A stretch of DNA of 64,000 bases from a virus. The position numbers and the translations under genes were made by a program. The stretch lies in the IMG/VR virus record IMGVR_UViG_3300042891_001180. One strand, given 5' to 3'. Position 1 is the stretch's first letter, and each line of letters opens with the position of its first letter. The notes under the pieces are model-generated. The model made no database searches. It worked only from the letters and a program-made list of their open reading frames with translations, and was not told where the DNA came from. Of the stretch, positions 9,923-18,406 are shown piece by piece.

Positions 9923-10768
9923 TCACTTACCACCCCTATAATGGGCCAGTCTCTTTTGCTCAATTGAACGCATCTTAGGTACCATTCTGGTAGCAATACT
10001 TGCCTGAATGCTTTTCATACCTTTAACTTGTTGTTCAATTCTATCTTTTTCGGAAGCAGAAAGAGCAGACTTATCCCTACCCCTTAACAATCTTTGATAA
10101 ATTGCACGACGAGCGGCTAGTTGTGCACGCTTCTGGAGTATCTGGGGTGTAGAGGCTCTTCTTAACTTAAGCCCCTTAGCAGTATTTCTTCTAGACCTAC
10201 CTCTTGCAAAACTCTGACTTCTTTTAAGTCTAGATGTTGCAGATATTTTTTCGTCTAATTGCCCTGTCTCTTCTTCAATTAAATCTTCTTCTGAGTATAG
10301 ATCAACAATATCTTCCCACTTAAGACTATCAACCATTTCATTGATATCGTCTTCGCTAATCTCTTCATTTTTTTCTGCAATGAAGTTTGCAAAAGAAGTA
10401 ACCACAGATTCATGTTTACTTGAAACTTTTTTAGATTCATCCATGCCACTAAAGTCTGCAGCAGGCAAATGGGCGTAAGGCATGTCTCCTAAATTATTAT
10501 CATCATCACCAAAAAGTTTACTCATTGTTTCAACATGGCTGGTCATATACTCTTGGTGTTGATCTAAAACACCCAGGGACTGCAATGCCTCATGCGTACG
10601 GGACATGTGATACGTAAAATCATGTATCATCGTTGGGGTAGCTTTATTAGCAGCTACCGCCTGCTTTTCAACACCTAAATAGGCATCAGTAGATTCTAAT
10701 GCTGTCTTTAATAGCTCGTGCTGTATATTTAAATCGTTTATCATTTTAGTATTGACCTTAACATCCAT
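9923..10768 (-). CDS. Hypothetical protein, acidic middle and Arg/Lys-rich C-terminus
   Basis: ORF track; LDEK junction before the basic module. Confidence 0.65.
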   Translation of the reverse strand: MDVKVNTKMINDLNIQHELLKTALESTDAYLGVEKQAVAANKATPTMIHDFTYHMSRTHEALQSLGVLDQHQEYMTSHVETMSKLFGDDDNNLGDMPYAHLPAADFSGMDESKKVSSKHESVVTSFANFIAEKNEEISEDDINEMVDSLKWEDIVDLYSEEDLIEEETGQLDEKISATSRLKRSQSFARGRSRRNTAKGLKLRRASTPQILQKRAQLAARRAIYQRLLRGRDKSALSASEKDRIEQQVKGMKSIQASIATRMVPKMRSIEQKRLAHYRGGK

Positions 10769-11169
10769 GCATGCTTTTCGTGAGCCTGTATTCTATCTTG
10801 AAGAAAATTAGCAATGCCTACTTCACCTGTTGTATCTGCAGTAGTATATGCGGTAAGTAAGGATGCTCTTAAAATATTATTTTCCTGAAGTAACCTGGTC
10901 ATCATAGTCTTTCCATCCGGAACATCATCTGTTTCTTCAATAGATGTTAGTTCTTTCAATCTTGTAAGGGTACCAGGAGCATATGAATCAAGTGTTCTAA
11001 TTAATTCAGCGAATGTATCAACCGATGCAAATACTTCTTGATAAAGATTCTGAAGGAAGTCATGGTATTGAGGGAAGTTAGGTCCTTCAACATTCCAATG
11101 ATAGTAATGTGCCTTTAGGTAAAACGTAAATGCATCCGCATGCACTTTTTTTAATTCATCTATTAACAT
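10741..11169 (-). CDS. dps: Dps-family mini-ferritin
   Basis: KAHYYHWNVEGPNF..HDFL, D..AE ferroxidase residues, HEKHAWML. Confidence 0.93.
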   Translation of the reverse strand: MLIDELKKVHADAFTFYLKAHYYHWNVEGPNFPQYHDFLQNLYQEVFASVDTFAELIRTLDSYAPGTLTRLKELTSIEETDDVPDGKTMMTRLLQENNILRASLLTAYTTADTTGEVGIANFLQDRIQAHEKHAWMLRSILK

Positions 11170-12368
11170 TATAACCCTGTGTATTGTCTAAACTGCATTT
11201 TACGGAGTGTAGATGGCTTAGAGTTAATGCCTGCCACCACATCTTGAACTGCCTTTGATGGCATATTATGACCGGCAGGTTCCCCGATGTGCTCACCTGC
11301 CCTAGCAGTTTCAATTAGTTTCTTAAATTCTTTATATGCACTGGGACATATATCCAGGTTTTTAGTCTGTATACCATCGAACTCTAGTTGATCTTGATCA
11401 ACAGCCTCAAATAATGCCCGCTTTTGATTAGCAGTCATTAATAGAAATGGTAATCTGGTTGCTTCTAATTGCATAGGTTCTACCTCTACGGACTCTTTAA
11501 CTTTGTTATCTGGTACAACCTTGTAAGAGCCACCTGTACCATATTTTGCTGGAATAAAAACTGTCTTTTTAGGACCTGACTGAGCGCTTACTTTAACTCT
11601 CTTCATCATTGACTGAAACTTTTCACCGTAGTCGGCTTCTTTGGCTTCAGCCTTAACTTTACTTTCCCCAGGGGTAATGCGCTTCATCTCTTTAGTTCCT
11701 TCTGGGGTACCCCATTCGTATTTAGAAATCTTTACTTCACCTTGTGAACCAGGTGCTACAGCCTCATGAATACCCATGTGTTGTCTTACATCGTGGTACA
11801 AAGCATCTTTGTGTTCTGGTTTCATCTTGGAAGGTAAAGCGGCATGAAATTTCTTCTTTCTACCTGCCGCCGCATGCTCGCGCATCTTAGTACCGGAGAT
11901 ACCAGAAGTGCCTTCTGCATCAGGATCTCTTTCGCCCGACGAATGCACTTTAATAGATTTAAATTTATAGTTACCGTGTGCGCTCTTTACGCCATTATAC
12001 TTATGAAGTAACTTATGGTACTCTTCTACTCTATCGGAGCCTGCAACAACGTGCAAATGCTTAACACCTTGGCTTGCCATTGCAGCTGCATGATGTAAAA
12101 TAGTGGGGTGCTCTTTAGAAGCCGCTTCAATATTAGTACCCGGAAATGCATGCTGTGCATGCTTTACCTTAACATCGGCAGGTAACGGGTTCTTAGATTT
12201 ATCTTGAGAATGAGATAGAACTACCTTGTGAACGGCATTATGTTCTTTAGCAACTTCATGAACTTTATTAATAACTTGCTCGTGCCCAGTAGTGGGTGGA
12301 TTCATACGACCGTACGCAAGTACTCCGTGTTTTTCCGGTGCTTCTGTTAAGTAGTCTATAAAGTCCAT
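11169..12368 (-). CDS. HIGH-superfamily nucleotidyltransferase (phage 'cytidyltransferase') with C-terminal extension
   Basis: GRMNPPTTGH, KNPL, VAGSDR, SGTKMR motifs. Confidence 0.85.
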   Translation of the reverse strand: MDFIDYLTEAPEKHGVLAYGRMNPPTTGHEQVINKVHEVAKEHNAVHKVVLSHSQDKSKNPLPADVKVKHAQHAFPGTNIEAASKEHPTILHHAAAMASQGVKHLHVVAGSDRVEEYHKLLHKYNGVKSAHGNYKFKSIKVHSSGERDPDAEGTSGISGTKMREHAAAGRKKKFHAALPSKMKPEHKDALYHDVRQHMGIHEAVAPGSQGEVKISKYEWGTPEGTKEMKRITPGESKVKAEAKEADYGEKFQSMMKRVKVSAQSGPKKTVFIPAKYGTGGSYKVVPDNKVKESVEVEPMQLEATRLPFLLMTANQKRALFEAVDQDQLEFDGIQTKNLDICPSAYKEFKKLIETARAGEHIGEPAGHNMPSKAVQDVVAGINSKPSTLRKMQFRQYTGL

Positions 12369-12390
12369 GTGTATTTAATTAGTTAACCGT

Positions 12391-12675
12391 TTATTTATCT
12401 TTCTTTTTACCTAGTGACATATTGATTCTCCAATGCGCTAATTGCTTTTCTCTGGGTGTTGCAGAGCTAGAAGATCTAACTTTCTTCAATTGAGTAATAG
12501 ATTTACCCTTAAGACCGTGTCTGGCCATGTCACCTTTATCTTGAGGGTTACGACCATCTCGGAAGTTTTCAGATACCTTAACGCAGTTGGGTACCATTCT
12601 GTTACCCTTCTTCTTCATGCCTTGTTGAGTCCAGCCATCCCAACATTTTTCTCTTAAATCTTTAAAAGTTTTCAT
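12391..12675 (-). CDS. Small basic protein with CW.G....G.K.K....VPNCV module
   Basis: MKTFKDLRE leader; module recurrent in T4-like aquatic phages. Confidence 0.7.
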   Translation of the reverse strand: MKTFKDLREKCWDGWTQQGMKKKGNRMVPNCVKVSENFRDGRNPQDKGDMARHGLKGKSITQLKKVRSSSSATPREKQLAHWRINMSLGKKKDK

Positions 12676-12724
12676 GGATTTTTAGTTGCCTTGAGTGTAT
12701 AATCTTTATGTGGGCGGTTGAGAA

Positions 12725-13942
12725 TTACCTTGGTCTAGCAGCAAAATTTGCTCTACTAAACTCTGCTCTATCTACAAACTTAGTCGGTCTGTTATTTCTG
12801 ATAACGACAAAGCCTTCGGGTTTAGCTGGCTTACCACCGGTGATCTTAGTTGAACCTGGTGCAGGTATCGAATGTTCAAACTTAGGTTTAGCAGACAACG
12901 AATGAACCAATTGATCTTTGGCAGCCTGTAAGTGATGATGCATATCTAGAATCTTCTGAAACTTATCAGAATGTTTATTTACATGGGCTAGGTCTTCTTG
13001 CATCTTATCGGTCTTAGTACCTACAGCCTTAGCCGTCTTCACTTTAGCTATACCCTTAAGATGTTGATCTCTTAAGTGCTCGGTATAGCCCTGAACTGAT
13101 GGCTTAGTATTCTCTCTCACAGTCTTATTAATATAAGTTTTCAAATGTTCTTGATGGCCTTCAATAGCACCGTAATGTTTTTTATCGGTACTATTGAAAG
13201 CTTTTCTAGCTTGTTCAACATGGTGTTCATATGTATGTGCCTGATTTGTATTAAGATCGGCTTTGTGAACATCGTCAACAGTACTTATAACATGAACATC
13301 AGAGTGTTTAGGGAAGTGAGAAAGATCGGCGCCGTATTGTGCTTTCATTCCTGCCAATGTATTACCTTCGTATGCAGTATGAACGGCTACACCAAATTTA
13401 GAACTGGCAACTTTTTTACCTTCAGCCGAGCTATGAGATGTTGAATAGGTAAGGGTATTAGGTTTGAAGTGATACTTACCACCTTCATTTACAACATCTC
13501 CATGAGGGTTATCTTTTGACTTGATACCCGAGTGCATTACATCACCTTGATAGACACCTGTCTTAGGAGTTACTTTAGGTAGGTGTATAAGAGCTTGTTT
13601 TAACTTCTGAACTAAACCAGGTGCATGCCCGTGATTCTTTTCAACGTCCTCTGGTGTATAGTTTAACTTAGGGTCTGCATTAAACGCCGATTTGGTAGAG
13701 ACAAAAAATGCTCCCGTCTCTGGGTGATGACCAAACACGATAGAAGGGGACCCGTCGTACTTAGTTGCAATCTTAGTACTGTTCTTTTTCCCACCGATCT
13801 GGTCTTTAACGTCTTCTAAGTTATGATAGGCATGGGCAAAGCCTTCCATACCAGAATTAATGACATGGTCTTCTGCATGCTCTAAGTGTTTGAGCTTTTC
13901 TTCTGAAGCAGCTTCAGCGAGATATAGGTTAAATTGCATCAT
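12725..13942 (-). CDS. DUF6267-like protein with ligase/capping-type nucleotidyltransferase motifs
   Basis: HLEHAED, KYDG (motif I), YQGD (III), EGFVV (IV), KFV (V), EFSRANF. Confidence 0.7.
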   Translation of the reverse strand: MMQFNLYLAEAASEEKLKHLEHAEDHVINSGMEGFAHAYHNLEDVKDQIGGKKNSTKIATKYDGSPSIVFGHHPETGAFFVSTKSAFNADPKLNYTPEDVEKNHGHAPGLVQKLKQALIHLPKVTPKTGVYQGDVMHSGIKSKDNPHGDVVNEGGKYHFKPNTLTYSTSHSSAEGKKVASSKFGVAVHTAYEGNTLAGMKAQYGADLSHFPKHSDVHVISTVDDVHKADLNTNQAHTYEHHVEQARKAFNSTDKKHYGAIEGHQEHLKTYINKTVRENTKPSVQGYTEHLRDQHLKGIAKVKTAKAVGTKTDKMQEDLAHVNKHSDKFQKILDMHHHLQAAKDQLVHSLSAKPKFEHSIPAPGSTKITGGKPAKPEGFVVIRNNRPTKFVDRAEFSRANFAARPR

Positions 13943-13946
13943 ACTT

Positions 13947-15008
13947 TTATAGTGTACTTTTAGCAGTACCAGTTTTTTTCATTTTAAATCCAATTCTATT
14001 ATTTACAGGATAGGGGGTACTACTTGGAGATTGAAAAATAAACTCACCATCAGAAAAAGTCTTAACGGTATATTTTAAATTACTTCCTGCTTTATCTAAA
14101 TAAATTTGATTAATAGTTAAAGTGTTAGCCGCTTTGTTAAGTAAGTCTTTAGTATTATTTTTATCTGTATTAAGCCACTTAATTAATTCAGCCGTTATCG
14201 GGTAATGTAATAACCCATATCGTTTTCTAGTATAACCTTTATCTAGAATACGCTTTGTAGTACTTATGTCAATAGTGTTATTATAGCCTGACGCTTCATA
14301 ATAGTCTTTAGTTATATCTCTAAACAAATCATAACCTCCTGCATTTTCCACTGCAGTTTCAAGATGTTTTTCAGTTGGTATACCGCTGACATAACCTGTA
14401 TTAAGTTTTTTTTCTTTTAAAAGCGTAAGTAACTTTTTATAGCCTGGGAGGTCAAGATACTCAGCTGCCTGAAGAGGTCCGAGATATAAGGCATTAGGTT
14501 GTTGTTTACCTAAATGGAAAAGCACCCACGTAGCTTGTTGATATTTGTTATCTAAAGTGCGGTTAGCAACCATTGTTTCAATGATTGGCATAAGAGATAC
14601 AATAGATGGCTTACCACCTTCTCCTGCTTTTGCAGAATATTTTTCGTCTAACCCATCTTTAGTAACCATGTAATAATCAATAAGCTTTTCATTACCAGTA
14701 GGAAACTTAACTGCTTTGTATCTATTGCTTTCTTTTTTTAGTACGTAAGCTGCACCAGATACTTCACCAAAATCTTTTAGAATAATATTAAATTCTTGAT
14801 CAGTCAACTGACCCTTATCTTGAGAAAACAACCCCTTACCGCTAGCAGATTGATCGTAAATATCAATACACGTACTGTATACTGCACTATCTAATTTCAT
14901 ATTCTTAAGCTTAGTTTTAGTGGTACGTGTTAACTCAGGTAATGAAAATTCAGTACCGTCAGCTAAACCAAAGTAACTAGGAATAAGTTGTTTATCTTTT
15001 ACACGCAT
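13947..15008 (-). CDS. Hypothetical protein, possible PD-(D/E)xK nuclease fold
   Basis: DFGE...FP..N..LIDY...YSAK spacing; late-type promoter GATAAATA at 15037-15044. Confidence 0.45.
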   Translation of the reverse strand: MRVKDKQLIPSYFGLADGTEFSLPELTRTTKTKLKNMKLDSAVYSTCIDIYDQSASGKGLFSQDKGQLTDQEFNIILKDFGEVSGAAYVLKKESNRYKAVKFPTGNEKLIDYYMVTKDGLDEKYSAKAGEGGKPSIVSLMPIIETMVANRTLDNKYQQATWVLFHLGKQQPNALYLGPLQAAEYLDLPGYKKLLTLLKEKKLNTGYVSGIPTEKHLETAVENAGGYDLFRDITKDYYEASGYNNTIDISTTKRILDKGYTRKRYGLLHYPITAELIKWLNTDKNNTKDLLNKAANTLTINQIYLDKAGSNLKYTVKTFSDGEFIFQSPSSTPYPVNNRIGFKMKKTGTAKSTL

Positions 15009-15048
15009 GGAGTTAGAGATTATAGTTTTAATAGTATATTTATCTAAT

Positions 15049-15071
15049 AAAAAACCCCAGCAGAACTGGGG
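15049..15071 (-). terminator. Intrinsic terminator
   Basis: CCCCAG-TTCTG-CTGGGG followed by T6 on minus strand. Confidence 0.8.
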
Positions 15072-15091
15072 CTTGATAAAGTAAAAAAACT

Positions 15092-15463
15092 TTAAATAGT
15101 ACTATCGTGATAGTCAACTAATCTCTTATCAGTTTTATCAGATATTTTAATACCATGATCTTCCATTTTTGATCTCATATCCGAATAGTTACTTTCAGTA
15201 GCGTTACGCCCATGGACACCTAGACTTGTAGTCTTACCGGTAGAAGAATTATGGTGAACATATTTAATGCCTCTGTCCTTCTCTGCAGCATAGATGTGAT
15301 GGGGACCTTCTGATACAATGTGGCCTACGTCAGGGTGCTTGGCATTGACACGTTTGGTAACCTCATCATCTTCTTCATTAAGAGCTTGACTTACTTTAGA
15401 AGACGTATCACGTGATAAGAATTCTAAAGCCGCGTCAATTAATGATGTTTTCTTTTGTTCCAT
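15092..15463 (-). CDS. Putative internal protein with shared targeting leader
   Basis: N-terminus MEQKKTSLIDAALEFLSR...LNEE shared with neighbour. Confidence 0.7.
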   Translation of the reverse strand: MEQKKTSLIDAALEFLSRDTSSKVSQALNEEDDEVTKRVNAKHPDVGHIVSEGPHHIYAAEKDRGIKYVHHNSSTGKTTSLGVHGRNATESNYSDMRSKMEDHGIKISDKTDKRLVDYHDSTI

Positions 15464-15475
15464 ACTAACTCCAAG

Positions 15476-15925
15476 TTATTTTACTTTGTGCCCAGCAGCC
15501 TCAACGTCCGCAGGGTGAGCGTAGAAATGTGTCGCATTCTTTTTTAACGTATCTTGAGTTGAAGGACTACGATCGCTCGATTTATTACTGCCCTTAAAAG
15601 TACCCATAGAGCTGGAAGTGTTACCCTTGCTTCCCCCTGATCGAGCTTGCAGTTGATCTAGTGTTTCTCTCTTGCCTCTATACCGTGTACGTACACCAGG
15701 ATACTGTTTCTTGAACTCTGCATGATGTTCGATTGGCATCTTGTTCATAGGATGCTTTTTACCACCAAGAGTAATGGTAGTGTTTTTTGCATCCATAGCT
15801 TCAAAAATCATATCTTTTATGAACTGTAATTCCTCATCATCAGCTTCATTGAGCGGGCTTGTAGATGTACCTCGTGATAGAAATTCTACTGCTGACTCGA
15901 TAAGATTTGTTTTCTTTTGTTCCAT
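15476..15925 (-). CDS. Putative internal protein with shared targeting leader
   Basis: N-terminus MEQKKTNLIESAVEFLSR...LNEA shared with neighbour. Confidence 0.7.
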   Translation of the reverse strand: MEQKKTNLIESAVEFLSRGTSTSPLNEADDEELQFIKDMIFEAMDAKNTTITLGGKKHPMNKMPIEHHAEFKKQYPGVRTRYRGKRETLDQLQARSGGSKGNTSSSMGTFKGSNKSSDRSPSTQDTLKKNATHFYAHPADVEAAGHKVK

Positions 15926-15951
15926 ACTAACTCCGATTGAATATTATGGAT

Positions 15952-15959
15952 TATTTATA
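15952..15959 (-). promoter_or_regulatory. T4-type late promoter TATAAATA
   Basis: Exact consensus 26 nt upstream of ATG at 15925. Confidence 0.75.
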
Positions 15960-15964
15960 TAGAA

Positions 15965-16162
15965 TTAGATCTTTAAGTAGTGATTAATGATCTTATCTTT
16001 AATCATATCAGGAATACTAAGATATGGCCATTGCAATTCGAACGGGCAACCTGGGCTATCCCATTTTCGATTAACTACAAAGTTACGATATTGATCGATA
16101 TGCTTCTTATCGTCAGGGCTAAATCGAACGCGTTGACGTTGTACTTGTGCTAGAACATTCAT
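15965..16162 (-). CDS. Hypothetical protein
   Basis: GCPFELQWPYLSIPDM motif; coupled to upstream ORF. Confidence 0.65.
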   Translation of the reverse strand: MNVLAQVQRQRVRFSPDDKKHIDQYRNFVVNRKWDSPGCPFELQWPYLSIPDMIKDKIINHYLKI

Positions 16163-16461
16163 TCCTTAGTCTCCTTATCATAATTAACCACGTGAATCAA
16201 CTTCTCACCCATCCAGGGCGAACCGGTTTCGGCTTGAAAAGAGGTACCATCACCATGGTCTTCTTCTATAGCTTTATTCATCCTACGAAACTCTTCATAG
16301 GTAATTTCTTTAGTAGTTAGAATACGTTCACCTAAATTCATCTGACTGAACTGCTCGGCTTGATTCATGGTAACAGTATCACCGGCATGTTCGGCTTCTT
16401 TACATTCGATAACGTATCTGATACGAAACATCTGAATAGCATCTACAACAAATAAAGGCAT
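16159..16461 (-). CDS. Hypothetical protein
   Basis: ORF with GGAG RBS. Confidence 0.65.
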   Translation of the reverse strand: MPLFVVDAIQMFRIRYVIECKEAEHAGDTVTMNQAEQFSQMNLGERILTTKEITYEEFRRMNKAIEEDHGDGTSFQAETGSPWMGEKLIHVVNYDKETKE

Positions 16462-16531
16462 AACGACTCCATAATAAATTAATGCCGGTTACGATATCCG
16501 GCGTCCCTTAGGAGAGACCGTTCAAGTCACA

Positions 16532-16780
16532 TCAGTTGAAAACTGTGCTACCCATTGCAGCGTAAGCGGCTGCTACCATCGCGCGTGATGGACGACCCAG
16601 GCGATAGGCCGTTTTTCCATTCTTAGCAGTATTGCTATAGATGGAATAACCCTGAGCGCGGAGCTCAGTGATTCGTGCTGCAACTGAGCCTTCAGTTGAG
16701 CGGAACAAACCAGCCATTTGACCGGCGGTAAATTGTTTACCAGACTGAAGAGTCTTAAGTACAGAAGTTTGCAATGACAT
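16532..16780 (-). CDS. Small winged-helix DNA-binding protein
   Basis: TAGQMA...VAARITELRAQGYSI...YRLG wHTH pattern. Confidence 0.7.
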   Translation of the reverse strand: MSLQTSVLKTLQSGKQFTAGQMAGLFRSTEGSVAARITELRAQGYSIYSNTAKNGKTAYRLGRPSRAMVAAAYAAMGSTVFN

Positions 16781-16856
16781 AATATTTCCTTAATATAGAA
16801 ATGCCCCACCATAAAAAAAGTTACGAGAGCGGTGGTCTCTCTCTCGTAACAGAGAA

Positions 16857-17195
16857 TCAAGCTTCAGCTAGTTCTTTGATTGATTCAAGCTCTAGATCAA
16901 CTACTTCCTCTTTCACAGCCTTAATTATAGGCTGTTTCACAGTTTTCGTCAACTCTTTCTTTCCCAGAATCTCGATAATATCTGATGCATAAGCAACAAA
17001 CTGATCTTGATCCAACAGAAACTGGCACGCTTCTGGTTTGGTCATGGGCTTAGGAAGCTCAATCAAATCGATATCAGTATCGCCCTGCTTTTGCAAGTTC
17101 TTAATTCGAAGAACCTTATCAGAACAGAAACGAACCTTAATCACCCCGTTGTTACGGGAAACACCTGCTACTGTAAACATATCAATGCCTTTCAT
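16857..17195 (-). CDS. Hypothetical protein
   Basis: FTVAGVS...KVRF...LIELP..MTK motif. Confidence 0.6.
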   Translation of the reverse strand: MKGIDMFTVAGVSRNNGVIKVRFCSDKVLRIKNLQKQGDTDIDLIELPKPMTKPEACQFLLDQDQFVAYASDIIEILGKKELTKTVKQPIIKAVKEEVVDLELESIKELAEA

Positions 17196-17211
17196 AATAT
17201 AAAAAATACTA

Positions 17212-17469
17212 TCAAACGCCCAGGCCTTGACCTGCCATCAGATAGTTGGTTACCTTGGTAACCATAACATCCTTAGACGTTGCTCGCTCTAACTCGTAGA
17301 TGAACTTATCTTTGGTTGTACGTTTACCAGAGGACTGCTCAATCAGTTCCTTACAGATTACTCGAAAGCTTTCCAAAGTCGCCGAATGATATTGACTAAA
17401 CAAAAATATCATACCCTCACCACCCACCATATCTTGCTTAACCCGTGCTCGTGAATTAGTTTGAGTCAT
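17212..17469 (-). CDS. Hypothetical protein
   Basis: First ORF after promoter at 17495-17523, AAGGA RBS. Confidence 0.6.
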   Translation of the reverse strand: MTQTNSRARVKQDMVGGEGMIFLFSQYHSATLESFRVICKELIEQSSGKRTTKDKFIYELERATSKDVMVTKVTNYLMAGQGLGV

Positions 17470-17494
17470 AATGTATTCCTTTTAAACATATGTT

Positions 17495-17523
17495 ATTATA
17501 ACCTATTTCAGGGTTACTGGCAA
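17495..17523 (-). promoter_or_regulatory. sigma70-like early promoter
   Basis: TTGCCA-17 nt-TATAAT. Confidence 0.75.
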
Positions 17524-17546
17524 CTTTTGGATGGTCGTTACGTCCA

Positions 17547-17571
17547 TAAAAAAAGAGCCTTATGGCTCTTC
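17547..17571 (-). terminator. Intrinsic terminator
   Basis: AAGAGCC-ATAA-GGCTCTT followed by T-run on minus strand. Confidence 0.7.
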
Positions 17572-17730
17572 TTTCTCTAGTTCCTCTACATCTAGTAGAC
17601 CCCTATCTATTAATTCTGTTACGGTTTCCTCAATACCCTCGTATCTCCCCTTCCAGTAACAGGCGTAACAGGCCGCAAGCATGAGGGCGATCTGAATTAC
17701 ATCTCCCACACTGAGCAGTGCATCGTTCAT
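17560..17730 (-). CDS. Small membrane protein (56 aa)
   Basis: Manual translation MNDALLSVGDVIQIALMLAACYACYWKG...; AAAGG RBS. Confidence 0.6.
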   Translation of the reverse strand: MNDALLSVGDVIQIALMLAACYACYWKGRYEGIEETVTELIDRGLLDVEELEKEEP

Positions 17731-17744
17731 TTAAACCTTTCCGA

Positions 17745-18386
17745 TTATACAGTAACATAAGGCATCCATTGAAAGGTTTTCTTTAGAAGCCTCTTCTTTA
17801 TTCTTGACCAATCATCTCCTTTGTATATCTTTTTATAATAGTTATAAGACCAGAGTTTCTTTCTTTTATCAATGGTTCTTAAAATTTCGTAAGGATCTTT
17901 TTTAGGATAGCAGAACTTAATTTCCATAGCAATATCGTGACCGTAGGCATCTATCTCATCGATGTCCGCAAGGTACTCTTTTTCTTCTGATATTGAACCT
18001 GTTAAGTTACGGAAATCGATTGCACAGGGTTCACCATCTGTCTCCCTATTCTGCCACTGTAACTCATGAATTGTTTCGTGCTGACAAACCTGGGACACTG
18101 CAAATTTAAACTCTCTCCAATTTTCATTGGTAATAGAGTAATGCTTTTGTTCTTTAGGAAAATTAAGTATGATATATTTAACATCTTCTTCCATGTCGTA
18201 AAGACCGGAGACAGATAGATCATCAGGACCGTAATCATCGAATGTTTCGAATCTAAACTTAAACGGTATGCTAGCTCTTTTATAGCCGCGCGTTAAAGTT
18301 CCGGCAATCTGGTAATAAGTAGGACGTCCTAAAAGCTTAGATTTCTTATCTTCTAAAACTTGATCTATGACTGGCGCAAGATACAT
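17745..18386 (-). CDS. Zincin-like HExxH protein
   Basis: HETIHE...EYLA..DEIDAY; late promoter TATAAATA at 18404-18411. Confidence 0.6.
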   Translation of the reverse strand: MYLAPVIDQVLEDKKSKLLGRPTYYQIAGTLTRGYKRASIPFKFRFETFDDYGPDDLSVSGLYDMEEDVKYIILNFPKEQKHYSITNENWREFKFAVSQVCQHETIHELQWQNRETDGEPCAIDFRNLTGSISEEKEYLADIDEIDAYGHDIAMEIKFCYPKKDPYEILRTIDKRKKLWSYNYYKKIYKGDDWSRIKKRLLKKTFQWMPYVTV

Positions 18387-18406
18387 AGGACCTCCTTTTA
18401 ATTTAT

